Assembly (NCBI GenBank): GCA_035283405.1
Contig: DATEUA010000141.1
Coordinates: 8,984-72,983 of the forward strand
Direction of reading: 5' to 3'
Source of the DNA: Thermoplasmata archaeon
Lineage (GTDB): Archaea > Thermoplasmatota > Thermoplasmata > RBG-16-68-12
DNA: 64,000 nt
Below, one piece after another: positions 45,798 through 55,064 of this stretch (positions within the stretch are counted from its first letter, which is position 1; every line of letters starts with the position of its first letter). Position numbers and translations under genes: made by a program. The notes under the pieces are model-generated. The model did no database searches, was not told where the DNA came from, and saw only the letters and a list, made by a program, of their open reading frames with translations.

Positions 45798-46288
45798 CGG
45801 CGTCGCGCCGGTCCGACGCGCCTTCCCCCGCGCGTGGGACGCCGCCGCGCCGCGGCGGGCCTCTCTTGCTCTCGGAGCCACTCCCCGACCCTCCTCACGA
45901 TCTTCCGCGTCCCGTCCAGGTCCCCCTCGAACCTCGGAAGCCGGACGATCTTGATCCGGAGGCCACGCTTCCGAGCCTCGTCCTGGATGTGGTCCTCGTT
46001 GTGGGCCTGGTCGAATCCGAGGACGATGACGTCCGGCCGGAGCTCCGGAAGGATGTCGTAGATGTTCCCCTCGAGGCCGAGGATCGCCCGGTCGACAGAC
46101 TTGAGCGCGGCAACCATCTTGACGCGGGAGGCCTCGGAGTTGATCGGTTCGTGCTTGACCCGCCGGGCCGTGCTGTCCCGCGCCACGACAACGACGAGCT
46201 CGTCCCCAAGTTTCCGCGCCTCCGAGAGGAAGGAGACGTGACCGGGATGAAGGAGATCGAAGACCCCCGTCGCCATTACCCGGACCAT
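45794..46288 (-). CDS. ribL: FAD synthetase, archaeal CTP-dependent type (nucleotidyltransferase)
   Basis: VMATGVFDLLHPGHVSFLSEARKLGDELVVVVARD is a cytidylyltransferase (H/T)xGH signature. Confidence 0.65.
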   Translation of the reverse strand: MVRVMATGVFDLLHPGHVSFLSEARKLGDELVVVVARDSTARRVKHEPINSEASRVKMVAALKSVDRAILGLEGNIYDILPELRPDVIVLGFDQAHNEDHIQDEARKRGLRIKIVRLPRFEGDLDGTRKIVRRVGEWLREQERPAAARRRPTRGGRRVGPARRR

Positions 46289-46974
46289 GCGCGCCACGCT
46301 CGGACGATGTCCTGCCCTTCGAGGAAGACGAGATTTCGCGCGCGCGCATATGCCTTTGCATCTTCCTTCGAGCGGGCGCGGCCGTCGTCCGACATCATCT
46401 CGCACAGCGTGACGCTCGGGACGAGCCGCGCAAGGATTGCAAGGGCCGTGCCCAGTTCTGTGTGTCCGCGGCGGGCTTCGAGGAGCGGCTCCGCCGAGTT
46501 CAGGAGGGGCACGTGCCCGGGCGAACGGAACTCCTGCGCGAACGCCCGTGACGCCCATCCGTTCTCGCGGCGCAGCGCCTCTCGCGCGAGGGTCGCGAAC
46601 CGTCCGATCGTCAGGGCTCGGTCCCGGTCCGTCACACCGGTGAACGTGTCCCGGTGGTTGATCGAAATCGAGAACGCGCTGTGCCGATCGTATCGCAGGT
46701 CCTCCCGGGACACATCGAGGAGGAGGGGGTGCTCGCGGGCCGCGGACTTCAGGATGTCCGCCATGAACGGGAGACCGAGTCGCTCGCGGACGGTCCCGGC
46801 GACCGTCGTGCAGATGAGACCGCCCGCGTCCTTGCGCATCGTCCGGACCGCCTCGGGGGTCATGAACTCGCTCGCGACGACGAGATCGGTCTCTTCCTCC
46901 CGGCCGTCCGCGTCGTAGAGGAGCACGAACTCCCCGCGCCGGATGGACTCCATCGCCCGGGTCAGGTCATCCAC
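46276..46974 (-). CDS. ribB: 3,4-dihydroxy-2-butanone 4-phosphate synthase
   Basis: RGEFVLLYDADGREEETDLVVASEFMTPEAV...GHTEL are DHBP synthase motifs. Confidence 0.8.
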   Translation of the reverse strand: MDDLTRAMESIRRGEFVLLYDADGREEETDLVVASEFMTPEAVRTMRKDAGGLICTTVAGTVRERLGLPFMADILKSAAREHPLLLDVSREDLRYDRHSAFSISINHRDTFTGVTDRDRALTIGRFATLAREALRRENGWASRAFAQEFRSPGHVPLLNSAEPLLEARRGHTELGTALAILARLVPSVTLCEMMSDDGRARSKEDAKAYARARNLVFLEGQDIVRAWRAWSG

Positions 46975-47067
46975 GGGAACGGGGACGGGTCCGAATTATT
47001 TCAACGTTTTTGTAGTTACCAATTTCATGGTTATCGTTCGCGCGCAGACGGCTGTGTCGGAGGGCTT

Positions 47068-48135
47068 ATGGAGGCCTGCTTCTTTCCGAGCCCGTTGCTC
47101 GAGCCGGAGGCGGTCGCTCGCATGGACCCGGGGGGGATGCGCGACATCATCAGGTCGCTTCCGGAGCAGCTTGCGGAGGGAGCTCGCCGCGCTCTGGGGA
47201 CGCCCGCGGAACTCCGCGGGGCGCAGCGGATCTTCCTCGCGGGCATGGGCGGATCCGCGATCGCCGCGGACATCTTCGCGGCGTGGGTCGCGGAGCGGGC
47301 CCGCCTCCCGCTCCGGATCGTGCGCGACTACCGTCTGCCTCCGTCCGCGCAGGCGGGCGACGTCCTCGTGTCGATCAGCTACTCCGGGGACACGGAGGAG
47401 ACGCTCGCCGCGACGTCGCACGGGCTCAAGTTGGGGTGCCGGCTCATCGCGATCACGTCGGGCGGTTCGCTCGCGAAGATCGCGCACGACGCGGGCGCCC
47501 AAGTCCTCGACGTGCCGACAGGATTGCCGCCGCGCGGCGCCTTCGGACATCTCTTCGGCGTGCTCCCGGGCGTCGCGGAGGACTGGATCTACGGCGACCT
47601 GCGAGGTGAGCTCGAGATGGCGATCGTTCACCTGAAAGCCCTCCGTGAGCAGTTCCGTCCCGAGGTCGGCCATCGGAAGAACCGGGCGAAACTCCTCGCG
47701 TCGAAGCTCCGGGGACGCGTGCCGATCGTGTACGGGGCCGGGCCCATGGCATCCGTCGCGATGCGGTGGCAGACCCAACTCAACGAGAACGCGAAGGTCC
47801 TCGCCTTCTCCTCCTCCTTTCCGGAGGCGGACCACAACGAGCTCGTCGGCTGGTGCAGCGACCCCCGGGCGAGGCGATTCGCGCCGGTCCTGCTCCGCGA
47901 GGCGGGCGAGAGTCCCGCCCTGAGACACCGCCTCGATGCGACCGCCGCGATGATGAGCTCGTACACGACGGTCCATCAAGTGACCGACGAGGACGACGCG
48001 CCGCTGGATCGCATGCTCGGGCTGTTGTATCTCGGGGACTACGTGAGTCTGTACCTGGCGGCCCTGCTCGGGGTCGACCCGCTGCCCGTCAGACCGATCG
48101 AGGAGCTCAAGGCGCGACTCGCGAGCCGACCGTGA
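47068..48135 (+). CDS. Bifunctional phosphoglucose/phosphomannose isomerase (SIS domain, archaeal type)
   Basis: The SIS motifs FLAGMGGSAIAADI and SISYSGDTEETL are present, with a PGI/PMI-like C-terminal half. Confidence 0.6.
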   Translation: MEACFFPSPLLEPEAVARMDPGGMRDIIRSLPEQLAEGARRALGTPAELRGAQRIFLAGMGGSAIAADIFAAWVAERARLPLRIVRDYRLPPSAQAGDVLVSISYSGDTEETLAATSHGLKLGCRLIAITSGGSLAKIAHDAGAQVLDVPTGLPPRGAFGHLFGVLPGVAEDWIYGDLRGELEMAIVHLKALREQFRPEVGHRKNRAKLLASKLRGRVPIVYGAGPMASVAMRWQTQLNENAKVLAFSSSFPEADHNELVGWCSDPRARRFAPVLLREAGESPALRHRLDATAAMMSSYTTVHQVTDEDDAPLDRMLGLLYLGDYVSLYLAALLGVDPLPVRPIEELKARLASRP

Positions 48136-48145
48136 AAAGGCGGAG

Positions 48146-48229
48146 CGCCGCGGGGGAGATTTGAACTCCCGAGGCCTCGCGGCCACCAGCTCTCCAGGCT
48201 GGCGCCCTACCGGGCTAGGCGACCGCGGC
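48146..48229 (-). tRNA. tRNA-Ser (anticodon GGA) with a long variable arm
   Basis: The minus-strand sequence GCCGCGG-TC-GCCTAGCCCGGTAGGGC-G-CCAGC-CTGGAGA-GCTGG-TGGCCGCGAGGCC-TCGGG... folds with a 7-bp acceptor stem, D-arm, anticodon loop CUGGAGA, a 13-nt variable arm and a T-arm GGGAG-TTCAAAT-CTCCC. No encoded CCA. Confidence 0.8.
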
Positions 48230-48254
48230 AACGAGTATCCGCGCGATTCTTTGC

Positions 48255-48270
48255 GGCGTATTAAACGTTG
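48255..48270 (-). promoter_or_regulatory. TATA box (tttaatac on the minus strand) about 33 nt upstream of the tRNA 5' end
   Basis: A classical archaeal tRNA promoter spacing. Confidence 0.5.
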
Positions 48271-48301
48271 GCCGGCCGAAACCGGAGGACGCGAGGTCGT
48301 C

Positions 48302-49447
48302 TCACGACGCGGCGAACGCTCGTGCGGCCTCGACCCGCTCTCGCCCCGAGGGATGACTGTAAAGCAGCCACACCTCCCATCGCGTCGGGTGGGCCACCCC
48401 GAGGTTCTTGTCGTGGAGCTTCGCAATCGCGGACGCGAACGCGGCGGGCTTCGTCGTGAGCTCGAGCGCGAAGCGGTCCGCACGTCGCTCGCGACGCCGC
48501 GACCACCAAAGATCGATCGGGCTCGTTGCGAGGGAGAGGAGCCCGGCCCACAGGGCGAGGACGGGCAGTCCGCCGAGGTTCGTCCGGGATGCGAGCAGGA
48601 ACGTACGGAACGTCAGGGCGTACAGGATGCCGACGGCGGCTGCCACACCGAGCGACACGGTCACCGTGTACACGAGGCCCGTGAACGGGTCGCGGAACTT
48701 CTCGTGGCCGAGTTCGTGGGCGAGAACCGCGTCGATCTCGTCATGACTGTAGTCCGACAGGAGCGTGTCTGTGACGACGATTCGGCGCGTCCGGCCGTGG
48801 CCCATGACGCCCGCGTTCGAGCGCCGGGTCTTCGCCGAGGCACCGAGTTCGTACACCCCGACGACCGGCACCCCGGCGGCGGTCGCGAGGGCCTCGATCC
48901 GAGAACGGAGGGAAGGATCCTGCACGGGCCTCGACCGGAAGAACATGGGCACGAGGAGGACCGGCGCCAGGATGCTGAGTCCGAACGCCGTGAGCGCGCC
49001 GAGGGCCCACGCCGCGAGCCACCACCAGTCGGGGGAGGTCGCGAGGAGCCAGAGAAGGACCTCGCCGCCGAGGACCGTTGCCCCGAGGCCCAGCACGAAC
49101 CCCTTCCCCTGGTCTCGGAGCCAGGAGCCGCGCGTCCGGGACGACAGATCCGCTTCCACCTCCCAGCGGTACCCACTCACGTAGGCGAAGGGGAGCAGGA
49201 GGCCCGATCCGACGGAGTACAAGATCGTGATGAACGCGGCCGTCCGAGCCCAGGATGGCGCGGGGACTCCTTCAACCCAGGAATCCAGCATGCGGGAGCC
49301 TCCCGCGAGCAAGGCGACGAGGAAGCCGGCGAGGAGCGAGGCGCGGGCCCCGGCAAGCCACCGTCGCCGGGTCCGCAGTCGACGCGCGAAAGCCTGACGT
49401 TCCTGGTCGAACCCCCAGGCGTCCACGCCCACGAGGCTCACTTCCAC
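48302..49447 (-). CDS. M48-family zinc metalloprotease (HtpX/Ste24-like), polytopic membrane protein
   Basis: HExxH motif HELGHE lies within multiple TM helices. Confidence 0.7.
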   Translation of the reverse strand: MEVSLVGVDAWGFDQERQAFARRLRTRRRWLAGARASLLAGFLVALLAGGSRMLDSWVEGVPAPSWARTAAFITILYSVGSGLLLPFAYVSGYRWEVEADLSSRTRGSWLRDQGKGFVLGLGATVLGGEVLLWLLATSPDWWWLAAWALGALTAFGLSILAPVLLVPMFFRSRPVQDPSLRSRIEALATAAGVPVVGVYELGASAKTRRSNAGVMGHGRTRRIVVTDTLLSDYSHDEIDAVLAHELGHEKFRDPFTGLVYTVTVSLGVAAAVGILYALTFRTFLLASRTNLGGLPVLALWAGLLSLATSPIDLWWSRRRERRADRFALELTTKPAAFASAIAKLHDKNLGVAHPTRWEVWLLYSHPSGRERVEAARAFAAS

Positions 49448-50394
49448 AGCTTCGGGTACGTGCCCGGGTCCATGAGGACGCGGACCGTGTCCGCGGCGAC
49501 GCCGGACTTGCCGACGACGATCTCGTCAGAGGTCATCGTCGCTTCGGCAAGGGCGACAGCCTCCTCCTTCCCCGTAAAGACGCCCACTCGCTGCGACCGG
49601 CGAATCCCGGGGGAGAGCTTCGCCACGCCCGGCACGGCGAGGTTCGCGCCGTGGCAGATCGCGTCGACCGCGGTGTCCTTCACGACGATTCGCGGAAGGT
49701 GGCCGAGGAGCCGCTCGTGCGGGACGAGGACCCGACGAATCTCGTCCTCGTCGCCGTTCTCTTTCCAGTACGCGAGCGCGTCGCGGAAGACCTGGAGCGG
49801 GCGCGCCTCCGCTTCCGTGAAAGTCGCGGCTCGAGTGCGCCGGAGGTCCACCAGGTTCGCACCGACTCCGAGGGCATCCCCGAGATCCACCGCGAGGGTC
49901 CTCACGTAGGTGCCCGATTCGCATCGGACACGGAACAGGACGTTCCGCCCCGATATCTCGAGAGGATCGAAATCGAATATGCGCCGCGTCCGTTGCTCGC
50001 GTTTCACGGCCGCCCGGACGGGCGGGGTCTGGTAGATCTCCCCGACGAAACGGGCGATCATGGCTCGGACCTTTCTCTCTTCGACGTCCTGGTGGAGCTG
50101 CATCACCCCGACGTACTCCTTGTCTCCCGACAGGACCGCCTCGATCCCCCTCGTCGCGTTCGCGAGGGCGACCGGAAGGACGCCCGTCACCCTCGGATCG
50201 AGCGTACCCGAATGCCCCGCGCGGGGAACGGCGAACATCTCCCGGACCCAGGCGCTCACCTGATGGGACGTCGGGCCCTGGGGCTTGTCGACGACTGCCA
50301 CGCCAAGCCGGATTCGCGCCTCGATCGAACGTTCCTCAGGCCTCGTGCCATGCTTCGAGTCGCGGGTCTCGTGCAGGACGATGAGGTCGCTCAT
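49438..50394 (-). CDS. cbf5: H/ACA RNP pseudouridine synthase Cbf5 (TruB family with PUA domain)
   Basis: VVVDKPQGPTSHQV...GHSGTLDPRVTGVLPV is the TruB catalytic Asp motif. A C-terminal PUA-like region follows. Confidence 0.8.
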   Translation of the reverse strand: MSDLIVLHETRDSKHGTRPEERSIEARIRLGVAVVDKPQGPTSHQVSAWVREMFAVPRAGHSGTLDPRVTGVLPVALANATRGIEAVLSGDKEYVGVMQLHQDVEERKVRAMIARFVGEIYQTPPVRAAVKREQRTRRIFDFDPLEISGRNVLFRVRCESGTYVRTLAVDLGDALGVGANLVDLRRTRAATFTEAEARPLQVFRDALAYWKENGDEDEIRRVLVPHERLLGHLPRIVVKDTAVDAICHGANLAVPGVAKLSPGIRRSQRVGVFTGKEEAVALAEATMTSDEIVVGKSGVAADTVRVLMDPGTYPKLWK

Positions 50395-50930
50395 GCGGCA
50401 ACCCGCGACCACACGAGCTCGACGATGTCCTCCGGCGCCTTTCCCGCCGAATCGACCACGAGATCGTAGGCGTTCGTATCACGCACCTCGATTCCGTAGA
50501 TCGCCAGGTATCGGGTCCGCTCGGACCGCTCCCGGAAGGAAATCTCGGTTCGGGCCTCGTCGACCGTCTTCCCGTCCCGTCCCGCGACCCGATCCGCGCG
50601 GAGGTCCGCGGGCGCATCGATCCAGACCTTCAGGCACGGGACCCCGCGAAGGGCGAGGAGATGGCCTTGGATCCGACCGTCGACGATCACGTCCGACCCA
50701 AACGTGTCGTGTCGGAGCACGTCTTCGAGCACGCGGCGGTCCAGCTCGCGATCGATCGAGTGGTCACGCTCCGCCTCGCCGGAATACGCGACGATGTCCT
50801 TCCCGTGCGCGGCGGCCATCTGACGGAACATCGCGCCCGCCGACACGAGCACGTAGCCGTACCTCTCCGCGAATCGCTCCGCGACGGTCGTCTTCCCGCT
50901 CCCTGGCGTGCCTCCGATCACGACGATCAT
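50391..50930 (-). CDS. cmk: Cytidylate kinase (archaeal type)
   Basis: MIVVIGGTPGSGKTTVAERFAERYGYVLVSAGAMFR is a P-loop NMP kinase start. The length (179 aa) fits archaeal Cmk. Confidence 0.75.
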   Translation of the reverse strand: MIVVIGGTPGSGKTTVAERFAERYGYVLVSAGAMFRQMAAAHGKDIVAYSGEAERDHSIDRELDRRVLEDVLRHDTFGSDVIVDGRIQGHLLALRGVPCLKVWIDAPADLRADRVAGRDGKTVDEARTEISFRERSERTRYLAIYGIEVRDTNAYDLVVDSAGKAPEDIVELVWSRVAA

Positions 50931-50939
50931 GGAGGGTCC

Positions 50940-51566
50940 TCAGGCCGCGTCGCCCGCCCCCGGGTGGAGGGACAGGCCCATGTCCTGGAGCTTCCTGCGG
51001 AAGCTCACGAACTTGAGGACGCGGGCGACGATCTGGCCGAACGGGATGGCGAGGAGGGAGTACAGCAGGAGCCACGACGGAAACACGTAGACGTCCGTAA
51101 GCAGCGTGTTTGAGGACCACGGGACCGCGATCCAATGGTTTCCGAGCTGCGCGAGACTCTGCTCGACGAATACCCGGACCCAGTTGAACACCACGATGAA
51201 CATGAACCAGGTGAGGGCCATCGACTTCATCGGAGCGAACTGGAGATCCATCAGCTCCTTCTGCGACCCCCGATACATGTCCTGGAGCTTCTCCAGTTTC
51301 GCCTTGTTCCCCTTGCGGACCGCATCGAGGCGCTCTCTCTGCCACGCACGGAGCCACTTCTGGGTCCGGGCCTGGCGCACCCAGTCCGTGAAGTAGTGAC
51401 GCAGGACCGACGAGATCGTCGTCGTCAGGAGGCCCGCGAGGAGGATCGTCAGCACGGGGAAGCCGCCGCCGAAGCCAATCACGGGCGCGAAGACGACGTT
51501 CGCCGCGACCGCGAAGCCCGCGGAGAGTCCCGGGTCGAACATCGTCCACAGCGCGAGGAGGAACAG
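50940..51566 (-). CDS. DUF106 / archaeal YidC-Oxa1-like membrane insertase homolog
   Basis: It has three TM segments and the conserved amphipathic loop QKELMDLQFAPMKSMALT. The ORF track extends this gene upstream with Arg-rich junk. Confidence 0.5.
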   Translation of the reverse strand: MFLLALWTMFDPGLSAGFAVAANVVFAPVIGFGGGFPVLTILLAGLLTTTISSVLRHYFTDWVRQARTQKWLRAWQRERLDAVRKGNKAKLEKLQDMYRGSQKELMDLQFAPMKSMALTWFMFIVVFNWVRVFVEQSLAQLGNHWIAVPWSSNTLLTDVYVFPSWLLLYSLLAIPFGQIVARVLKFVSFRRKLQDMGLSLHPGAGDAA

Positions 51567-51703
51567 GAAAATCATGATGAAACGGGACACGCTGGGCGTC
51601 TGCACGGTCGGTCGAGGCGCCTCCGTCGTCGCCGTTTCGTCCGCCACGGCTTCGCCAATGGGGCCGTTCCTATAAGAGTTTGTCAGCCGGGCGCGGCACG
51701 CGT

Positions 51704-52069
51704 TCAGCCGCCTTGGGGTGCGGAGGGTCCGCCGAGGGCGCTCTGGATCTTCTCTCCGAGACCTTCGTACTTCTCGGTGAGAGACTTCTCCTGCTTCTGC
51801 AGGGATTTCACGCGGATCGTCAGCGTCTCCTGGTGCTCCTCGAGCTCCTTCTTCAGGCTCTCGCGGTCGTCCTGCCGGACGAGGAGCATCCCGATGCTCT
51901 TGTACACGGGGGTCTTGGCTTCGATCTTGCCGAGCTCTTCGAGGGTGCCTTGGACCTCTCGGAGTTTCGCCTCGAGCTGGAGCCTCTGGCTCCCCAAGAC
52001 CTGGAGCTGCTGCTGCAGGTTCTGATACTGGGCGATCTGGTTCTGGAGCTGCGGGGAGATCTCCTTCAT
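51704..52069 (-). CDS. pfdB: Prefoldin beta subunit
   Basis: MKEISPQLQNQIAQYQNLQQQLQ is coiled-coil-beta hairpin-coiled-coil. The ATG overlaps the pcc1 stop. Confidence 0.8.
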   Translation of the reverse strand: MKEISPQLQNQIAQYQNLQQQLQVLGSQRLQLEAKLREVQGTLEELGKIEAKTPVYKSIGMLLVRQDDRESLKKELEEHQETLTIRVKSLQKQEKSLTEKYEGLGEKIQSALGGPSAPQGG

Positions 52070-52302
52070 GCCTTCGCCTCGGAATGGACGCGGGCCGCCA
52101 CATCCGCCCATCGGAGGTACGAGTTGACGGCCGCCCGGAGGGCGCTCGTGTCCTCCGCCTCGATCTCGATGGACACCCGCCCGGCGCGGCCCCGCAACGC
52201 GACGCGGGCCTTCGGGACGTCTCGCCCCGCCTCGGGGCTCAAGGCCTGTCGAACGACGTCCGCCTGCGGGCCCTCCAATGTGATCGTCGCCCGATGCGTC
52301 AT
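52066..52302 (-). CDS. pcc1: KEOPS subunit Pcc1-like protein
   Basis: MTHRATITLEGPQADVVRQALSPE...IEAEDTSALRAAVNSYLRW is 78 aa. The position between rpoP and pfdB is typical of Pcc1. Confidence 0.55.
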   Translation of the reverse strand: MTHRATITLEGPQADVVRQALSPEAGRDVPKARVALRGRAGRVSIEIEAEDTSALRAAVNSYLRWADVAARVHSEAKA

Positions 52303-52433
52303 CGGGACTTCACGACCTTCTTCACGTTCGGGCGTTCCTTGTAGAAAATCTTCGAACCGCAACGCTCGCACTGAATCCCGACCGTGTTGATGTTCGTCCG
52401 GATCGGCTCGTAACAGACTCCGCACTTGTACAC
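52299..52433 (-). CDS. rpoP: DNA-directed RNA polymerase subunit Rpo12 (RpoP)
   Basis: A 44-aa zinc ribbon, VYKCGVCYEPIRTNINTVGIQCERCGSKIFYKERPNVKKVVKSR, with a GTG start 1 nt after the rpl37ae stop. It is too short for the ORF track. Its stop overlaps the pcc1 ATG. Confidence 0.6.
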   Translation of the reverse strand: MYKCGVCYEPIRTNINTVGIQCERCGSKIFYKERPNVKKVVKSR

Positions 52434-52434
52434 G

Positions 52435-52728
52435 TCAGGCCTCCTCCGGCTCCTTCGCTTCTTCGCCCGCCTCCTCGACGAGCGGGACCTCTCGCTTGAA
52501 GCTCGTCGTCACGACGGGCCGGTACGCGCCGCCGGCGAACACGGCGCCGCAATGGCGACATGCCCACACCCCCGACGAGCGCCTCTTCACGGCGACGTGC
52601 TGGCACGTCGGGCACACATACTTCTGTCTCAGACCCTCCTCGATCTCCTGGACGCGGCGCCGAATCCGCACGCCGTACCGAGGCCCGAAGCGGGCGACGA
52701 CACCGACCTTTCGCGTGCGACGTGCCAT
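52435..52728 (-). CDS. rpl37ae: Ribosomal protein eL43 (L37Ae)
   Basis: [19 protein letters not shown]...KYVCPTCQ...[18 protein letters not shown]. Confidence 0.85.
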   Translation of the reverse strand: MARRTRKVGVVARFGPRYGVRIRRRVQEIEEGLRQKYVCPTCQHVAVKRRSSGVWACRHCGAVFAGGAYRPVVTTSFKREVPLVEEAGEEAKEPEEA

Positions 52729-52736
52729 GAGAATCC

Positions 52737-53513
52737 TCAGGGGTGAAGCAACGGGCGGATCGACGCTCCGACCTGCTGGCTGGTCTCGATAATCCTCTTG
52801 ACTTCGTCGTAAGTGAAGCTTCCACTTAAGCCTTTTTGCATCGCGCGGATGTCTCCGTTCTCGTCCGTCGTCACGGTGAGCCGCGCGTCGGCCATCCGCT
52901 CCTCGTCGAGGCTCGGGTCCACGAGGAGCAGGTCCTTGATCTTCGCGGTCGTCACGCTCACGGGCCAGTGTTCCACGGGGAGTGCGAAGTCGTCCCCGAG
53001 TCCGTGCGTCTTCGCAGGCACGACCGTCGTCCCGAGGGCCGCCACGGCCCCGTACGACGCCGCATCGAACAGGTTCCCGTCGTAGTCGAGCACGTGGATG
53101 TCGATGAACATGATCCAGACCTTCTCCTTTGGGGTCACGACCAGCTTCGAGACATCGACCATCTTAGACTCCCGGATCCCGCGGTCGACGACCCGGGCGA
53201 TTTCGATCGAGTCCGGCCTCGGCGGACCCGCCTCGAACGTCGGGCTCGCCATCGGGATCAGCTCGACGCTCGTGGACAAGACCCCGGAGTTCGGGGTGTC
53301 AGGATAGGGCACGCCGGGAGCCATCTTGACGCCCACGAGGACCTCCGTCGTGCCGAACTTCACGCGGGCACTCCCCTCCGCGGTCTTCACGTATCCCGTC
53401 TGGACGGAAAGTGGACGCGGCTCCGCAAGGGCCCGTCCGTCCGCGCGCTGCCCCGCCTTCGCGAGCCGGTACACGTACTGGCGCATGAGCTCCGAGACGA
53501 TCTCTTCGCTCAT
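52737..53513 (-). CDS. rrp42: Exosome complex component Rrp42 (RNase PH-like, inactive subunit)
   Basis: It has an RNase PH fold ([18 protein letters not shown]...) and an operon position after rrp41. Confidence 0.85.
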   Translation of the reverse strand: MSEEIVSELMRQYVYRLAKAGQRADGRALAEPRPLSVQTGYVKTAEGSARVKFGTTEVLVGVKMAPGVPYPDTPNSGVLSTSVELIPMASPTFEAGPPRPDSIEIARVVDRGIRESKMVDVSKLVVTPKEKVWIMFIDIHVLDYDGNLFDAASYGAVAALGTTVVPAKTHGLGDDFALPVEHWPVSVTTAKIKDLLLVDPSLDEERMADARLTVTTDENGDIRAMQKGLSGSFTYDEVKRIIETSQQVGASIRPLLHP

Positions 53514-54355
53514 GGGCCACCCGCCCCCCCGAGATCCATGTCGAACTCCGAATCGATCGAATCCGTCGACCCCTCCGGGCGCCCTTGCGCGGGGGCCACC
53601 GGCTCCTTGAGAATCTCCTCGAGGGTCGTCGAGTACCGCCGCTGCAGGGCGTCCCGCTGCATCTCGTAGATCTTCCGGGTCGCGTCGAGGGACAACCCCA
53701 TCGCCTTCTGGAATTCGGCGTACGTCAGGTGGCCGTCCATCTGGAGCAGGACGAGGTCCCCCGTGCGCGGGACGACGGCCATGGGGCAGTCCGCCTCGCC
53801 GAAGTTGTCCTCATCCTTGTTCAGGTCGAGGGCGACGACGCCGCCGATCTTGCCACTGGCACACGAGGTCACGAGGCCCTTCATCGGAACGCCGGCGTCC
53901 GCGAGGGCGACGGAGGCCGCGGTCAGGCCCGCGCACCGGGTCCCGGCGTCTGCCTGGAGGACCTCGATGAAAATGTCCACCGACGTCCGGGGGAATTGTT
54001 CCTTGATCACGACCGCGGAGAAGGCCTCCGAGATGATCTTGGAGATCTCGACGGACCGTCGGTCGGGTCCCGGCCGCTTCCGGTCCGAGACGCTGAATGG
54101 CGCCATGTTGTAGCGGCACTGGACGAGGGCCCGCGCGGGGTCCTGGAGGTGCCTTGGATGGGCCTCCCGGGGCCCGTACACGGCGGCGAGGACCTTGTTC
54201 CCACCCCACTCGATGTACGCGGAGCCGTCCGCACGTCCGAGGACGCCCGCCTCGATCCGGATCGGTCGCAGTTCGTCGAACCGACGGCCGTCCAATCGGA
54301 CGCCCTTCTCATCGATCAGCTTCACTTTCTTCGGGATGTGTTCTACGTCTTCCAT
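53510..54355 (-). CDS. rrp41: Exosome complex exonuclease Rrp41 (RNase PH-like, catalytic)
   Basis: [20 protein letters not shown]...[21 protein letters not shown]. It has an acidic C-terminal tail. Confidence 0.85.
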   Translation of the reverse strand: MEDVEHIPKKVKLIDEKGVRLDGRRFDELRPIRIEAGVLGRADGSAYIEWGGNKVLAAVYGPREAHPRHLQDPARALVQCRYNMAPFSVSDRKRPGPDRRSVEISKIISEAFSAVVIKEQFPRTSVDIFIEVLQADAGTRCAGLTAASVALADAGVPMKGLVTSCASGKIGGVVALDLNKDEDNFGEADCPMAVVPRTGDLVLLQMDGHLTYAEFQKAMGLSLDATRKIYEMQRDALQRRYSTTLEEILKEPVAPAQGRPEGSTDSIDSEFDMDLGGAGGP

Positions 54356-54383
54356 AGATATCCGACCATGTGGCCTGGGCCCG

Positions 54384-55064
54384 TCATCCGCCTCGCCGGG
54401 CGCGGGACAGGAAGTCCTTCACGAGCTCCGTGAGTCCCACCGCCTGGGCCCTCTGTTCGACGAGTTTGATCGCGCGCACCGCGAGGGCGATATCCTCGTC
54501 CCGGCCGTCGAGCCAGATCCGCCCGTTCTGGCCCACGTAGACCCCGCAGCGGGTCCCTTCCTTGATCAGGCTGATCATGCTCCCCTGCCGGCCGATGACC
54601 CGCGGAACCTTCATCGGCTCAATCTCGAGGAGCTGACCGCCTTGGACCCTGCGGGCCTCGCGGTCCTGCATCGTGAGCTGGACGCGGTTCGCCTCGTCCA
54701 CGCTGAGGACGTGACACAGGAGGACGTCCCCGACGTTCAGATAGCGACGCGTGTCGCCGAACTCGACATGCCACGGGGATTCCGTCGCGTGGAGGGGCGC
54801 GGGATACGGGGAGTTGATGTCCACGAGCCAGTGGGACGCGCCGAGATCGACGATCTCGCCGACGACCGCGTCACCCGGCTGGGGAATGTATCGGCCGGCG
54901 AGGGGCACTACGGAGACGAGGCCGTCCCGCTCGTCCACCACGCCGAGGTGTGCCGCGTAGATTTGACCGCCGTCGCTGAATGTCCCAGGCCCGGGTTTCA
55001 ACCCACGGCCGCCCACGCTCTCACCAGGAATGACGATCTGGCGAGTCGGGCCACTGCTGTCCAT
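54384..55064 (-). CDS. rrp4: Exosome RNA-binding cap subunit Rrp4 (N-terminal, S1 and KH domains)
   Basis: IVIPGESVG...[12 protein letters not shown]...VGDVLLCHV (S1) and [30 protein letters not shown] (KH). Confidence 0.8.
   Translation of the reverse strand: MDSSGPTRQIVIPGESVGGRGLKPGPGTFSDGGQIYAAHLGVVDERDGLVSVVPLAGRYIPQPGDAVVGEIVDLGASHWLVDINSPYPAPLHATESPWHVEFGDTRRYLNVGDVLLCHVLSVDEANRVQLTMQDREARRVQGGQLLEIEPMKVPRVIGRQGSMISLIKEGTRCGVYVGQNGRIWLDGRDEDIALAVRAIKLVEQRAQAVGLTELVKDFLSRARRGG

Noticed and set aside
45324-46361. 345-aa ORF MQRHMRAREISS...
   Set aside because: Only its C-terminal 157 aa look like a real protein (archaeal riboflavin synthase). The N-terminal 190 aa are Arg-rich read-through of the ribL region in another frame.
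50940-52103. 387-aa ORF
   Set aside because: The N-terminal 175 aa are Arg/Pro-rich artefact spanning the pfdB region in another frame. Only the C-terminal ~210 aa (DUF106 membrane protein) are credible.
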